DNA from: Curvularia clavata
Lineage: Eukaryota
Direction: 5' to 3'
Assembly (NCBI GenBank): GCA_023920165.1
Contig: CP089279.1
Coordinates: forward strand, 1,922,001-1,986,000
DNA length: 64,000 nt
Numbering within the stretch: the first letter of the stretch is position 1; each line of letters opens with the position of its first letter. The translations under genes and the position numbers were made by a program. Of this stretch, positions 60,270 through 64,000 are shown in pieces. The notes beneath the pieces were generated by a model. The model was not told the origin of the DNA and ran no database searches. It worked only from the letters and a program-made list of their open reading frames with translations.

Positions 60270-61699
60270 TGGCAGTTGTCGAGACAAGCGTGACTTGACA
60301 CATAGCTGATCCGGGGTAAAATGCTTATTTTCATAAAACATGATGCCAAAACCAATCAAGTCTAGTCTTGGATGAGGTACATCTCCGTTTGTGCGAAAAG
60401 AGGGTATGCCTGGGGCTGAAAGGAGCAGAACTCGAATATTGTGTTCACCGCTCTTCGGTGATTTCGGAAGGATGCAGTACCGAATTAACCTACTGACAGT
60501 GAGTATACTACGGGTCAAAGGCGCATTTGTCGGCCTGCATGGTGAGTGTAATTACATCGCTGAAACAATGACGACGCCAGTCCATGATACCGGGCTCTTT
60601 TAGACAGCCGACGACACTGGCATTTAATATGGGCTTAGCTGAGGAATCCAGGGCTGAAAGCATGCTGTGATCATAACTTAGTACGGGACACATTTCAAAT
60701 TCGAGCAAGGGGTAATTCAAGGACAGCAGCATTCTTTCGGGTGACGCCATCTACAGGCTGGTAGGTTTCACGCTAACGTAGCCTCACTAAAACTGCTGCA
60801 ACGACCCTATGTTCATACTGCTTATATCGCTGCCCAGCCAAACTTTTACAATCCAAAGTATAGAGATTGATACTGTTTTTGTGCTTTGTGGTAAGAATAA
60901 CCTGAGCATCGGGGAGAGATCAAGAAAGGTGAGCCACAGACGACACAGACAAGCACGACCTACTCTATAGATTCGATCCTACCATTATGCTCGTAATATC
61001 ACCATATCCCAACACAACAATCTTGCGGTATGACATCCTAGAGAAATTTTGCGAGATAATCTTGAAAAGTTGGCACTCATTAATTGATGATTTCGGAGGT
61101 TCGATCTGACGTTGTCCTTTACACATTTTCACCACTATTCTAGAGCATACCCAGCAAACAAGACCTATTCAAAGCTGAGGAACTCGCAAAAAAGAGAAAG
61201 TGTGTATCATTACGTAGGCCGAACCCAACATAGTTCGTTCTCTACTGTATTGGCTTTCATAATGAGTAAGTGCATCTTCTTTGCCTCTTCAGATGATAGC
61301 CTGTGACATACAATACAACCCGAATTTCCACCACCATAGACTCCTCTTGATATCACATCTTCTGGATGCAAGAGATTGTACATATATGCACCCTCAAATT
61401 GCTTTGGAACTAAAGCGGTGTGAACAGAGTGGTTAAGCAAGCAAAACACTGGTGGCCGGTAGTTTGGGAATTTAACTGGACACAAACACATTTTGTAACT
61501 ATTCAGTTCACTCAGACTGCGTATCCGAAATCAGGGAGTAATCAAGCAAAAGTGCTAGACCAAGTTGCACCCACAGTGAACGCCCAGCCAAGCCACTAGT
61601 CCCGTGACGCTCTAGTGCAGATCAGCACTCTTCCCTACACACCGACTTCGTCCTATGCTTCTACAAACCAATCGAGCATAACTCGAGAATAACACCAAG

Positions 61700-62854
61700 A
61701 TGCTTCCACCAGTCGACCCAGCAGTTCTGCAGCGCAACCCCAACTTCGAAGTCTTGTACAAAGATCTTTGTACGAGGAAACTCAACGCTAGTGGTTCGAC
61801 GAGAGAGACAAAGAAGCAGCGTGTGCATGATGAGATTCGTAGGGTATGATGATATTTAAACTCTTCAAGATGATTTTTTGGCTTTCTCTTTAGATCCTCA
61901 GCTTACCTCTTCTTTTAAAGCCTCTCTCTAATGCTGTGTTTTTTTATTTGTTTACTTGTTTACATCCGACTTTCCTCGATCTCATTTTAGCCCACCAAGT
62001 CCAACAACATGACATTCAAGAACCAAACATTTCAAGTTCTTTCCATACATAATCAAGATTAACACTACCCCCAGGCTCTCTTCACCGCTCGGTCATCCCT
62101 CCTGTCATCCCAGATCCTCATCAACTCACTATCGGACCTACCCTCCAAGGCACCCGATCTCCCAGCCGAACTCCACCCTCTTATCGACATAGCCACCGCC
62201 CAACTCCGCGGCCAAATCCCCGCCCCAGACCGTGAGATCCTCTCTAGCGACATTGAATCCTTCCTCTGCAACGCCGACATTATCGCCGACGCCCTCTCCA
62301 CCCAACTCGGCACAATCACCAAGCACCTCTGCAAAATCGCCGATCCACTCAACTCACCTCCCACCCCGGATCTCAACGCAAGAGCAACCTCTCTCCATGA
62401 AGAAGCCACTTGCAAACTCCCGGCAGAACTCCAATCTGCCCAGCTGCATCTAACCCACAGCTTCACAACACTCCTAGCCACACACTCCACCCTCCTCAGC
62501 GCCGCCATCAAAATCCTCGAGCAAACGCAGCAAGGCGCTCTAGCCCGACACACGCGCTCATCTGCCGAGCTCCTGCACACGCGCGCCACGCTGCTCAGTC
62601 TGCAGGCTAAAATCCACTCGTTCAGCCATCCACCGCCGGCAGAGTTTGTGGCTGCGCTCAAGCAGTTTAAGAAGAGCCAGGGGAGTGGAGAGAAGGCGCT
62701 GAGGGATCGCGAGGCGCTGGCGAGACAGGAGTTGGAACTTTATGAGAGGGCAGGCGAGAGGGGGATGCGGGATTTGGCGAAGAGGAAGGAATGGTTAGTT
62801 GCAGAGGTGCGGAGGGTGGAGGAGGAGATTGGGAAGTTGGAGCGGGGGGTGTGA
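61700..62854 (+). CDS. Coiled-coil protein, probable augmin/HAUS4-like subunit
   Basis: Exon 61700-61843 (MLPPVDPAVLQRNPNFEVLYKDLCTRKLN) and intron 61844-62074 lead in frame into a 260-codon helical exon ending EEEIGKLERGV*. The family call rests on remembered resemblance only. Confidence 0.65.
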
Positions 62855-62961
62855 AAGATAGTTATTGAAGAATTTAACCATGGCTACTAGATGTATCTAG
62901 CTTTCTTTCGATCGTACTTCTCTATTGAATGATATGGCTAGAAGAAAACAACACAAGAGAT

Positions 62962-63999
62962 TCATTCAAATATTCCCTTCGCTGCAACAACCTTATACTG
63001 CTCATCCAGCACTTCTCCCTCGCCCTCATGCGTCCCGCTCCAAATCTTCTTAGCCCCCATTTCACAGATGCAGACTCTATCTACGCGTACGTCGCGCGCC
63101 CACACAAAGTCCTTATACTCTTCAATCAGATTTATCGTGTCGAATTGCATCCAGCTCTTTGCGTCGGGGCCGTGGCCTTCTCCCCGTCCGGGCGGTGCTT
63201 GATTTTGAGTACCTTTAGCGGTAGAAGATTCACCGAGACCAGACGCGTCACCATCTACTGACCCCGCTGTCGATGCTTCGTCATTTTCTCCGTCACCATG
63301 TGCTTCGTCATCGCTCTTGTGATGCGGCGAAATCCTATGTTCTACATACTTCAACCCATGTTTCAACTTCGCCGTCTTCGACCTTCCTCTACTCGCCTTC
63401 GGCTTCGCATAAATCGTATTCATAATCGTAGCATGTAACTTCAACGGCCTTGTATCCGGAACCATAAATCCCTTTTCCGTGAACTGCTCCCTTAATGCCA
63501 ACGCAAACAGCGGTAAGCGCAGGGACGGATCCCGCGGCTCGGCGTACAAGATGCTTGTTTTGTGCGGTGCTTGCATGGGTACTAGGGCTTCGAGATTGAG
63601 ATACATGGCATCCGTGTCCGGCATGCTTGCAGGTGTGAGGTTTTCGCCTATCTCGCCTTGCTCTGCGGCCTTTTCGGCTATTCGGCGGTGCGTGATGTCG
63701 CGGAGGAGATTGTGGAGGTCCAAGTCTTCCAGATATTGTTTCGCTTCTTCCAGCTCCCGAGGGTTGAGACTCATGACGCCTAGGGTGAGATGAAGCGTGC
63801 CCACTGGTCGCACGGCTTTGACGGATACAGAGTTATCGTTGATCAGATCTTGTTTGAACTTGTCAAGCCCTTGTTGGAGCTGTGGTCTGCTGGTATCCGT
63901 GACAAGTGGGAGACACAAGAAGTGTGTGAGTGGGGGTTTCTTTCCTGCGCTCTTGCCCGGCTTCTTGCTTCCTCTAGAATGCCGGCCTGTCGGTACCGA
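62962..63999 (-). CDS. 2H phosphoesterase (AKAP7/ASCC1-like 2',5' RNA ligase-like domain); 5' end beyond the right edge
   Basis: Frame is open from 63999. Contains PPLTHFLCLPL and two HxT motifs: GTLHLTLGVM and PLKLHATIMNT. Confidence 0.88.
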   Translation of the reverse strand, partial: SVPTGRHSRGSKKPGKSAGKKPPLTHFLCLPLVTDTSRPQLQQGLDKFKQDLINDNSVSVKAVRPVGTLHLTLGVMSLNPRELEEAKQYLEDLDLHNLLRDITHRRIAEKAAEQGEIGENLTPASMPDTDAMYLNLEALVPMQAPHKTSILYAEPRDPSLRLPLFALALREQFTEKGFMVPDTRPLKLHATIMNTIYAKPKASRGRSKTAKLKHGLKYVEHRISPHHKSDDEAHGDGENDEASTAGSVDGDASGLGESSTAKGTQNQAPPGRGEGHGPDAKSWMQFDTINLIEEYKDFVWARDVRVDRVCICEMGAKKIWSGTHEGEGEVLDEQYKVVAAKGIFE

Positions 64000-64000
64000 C

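Noticed and set aside
61000..61500. 93-aa - strand ORF in AT-rich DNA
   Set aside because: No motifs or splice support. Cannot be distinguished from intergenic sequence.
1..64000. tRNA or rRNA genes
   Set aside because: GTTCGA-like hits (e.g. near 19368 and 61098) lack cloverleaf context, and no rRNA-like sequence was seen.

Overview
Eukaryotic, intron-containing DNA from a filamentous ascomycete (GT..CTRAC..YAG introns of about 50 nt; gene content fits a plant-associated fungus, possibly Pleosporales, which is an inference). From left to right: a HET-NB-ARC NLR-like gene running off the left edge, a peroxisomal cupin, a housekeeping block (HbrB/Bit61, GON7, VPS39, PRM1), a conserved hypothetical gene, a GNAT, a cutinase, BLOC-1 subunit 1 and the giant HECT ligase TOM1. 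Next come a divergent TauD dioxygenase/MFS transporter pair, a Cys-rich hypothetical gene, and a complete 1846-bp Fot1/pogo transposon (49-bp TIRs, TA duplication) just upstream of a histidine phosphatase. The right end holds a GPI-type Ser/Thr protein, a GH3 glycosidase, a GHKL-like pseudogene, a peroxisomal FAD amine oxidase, an acetylxylan esterase, an augmin HAUS4-like gene and a 2H phosphoesterase running off the right edge. The most unexplained signal is about 1.1 kb of apparently non-coding sequence directly downstream of PRM1, packed with hairpins and carrying five G-CUUG-C tetraloop motifs on the PRM1 strand. All exon boundaries were read by eye and no searches or folding programs were run.
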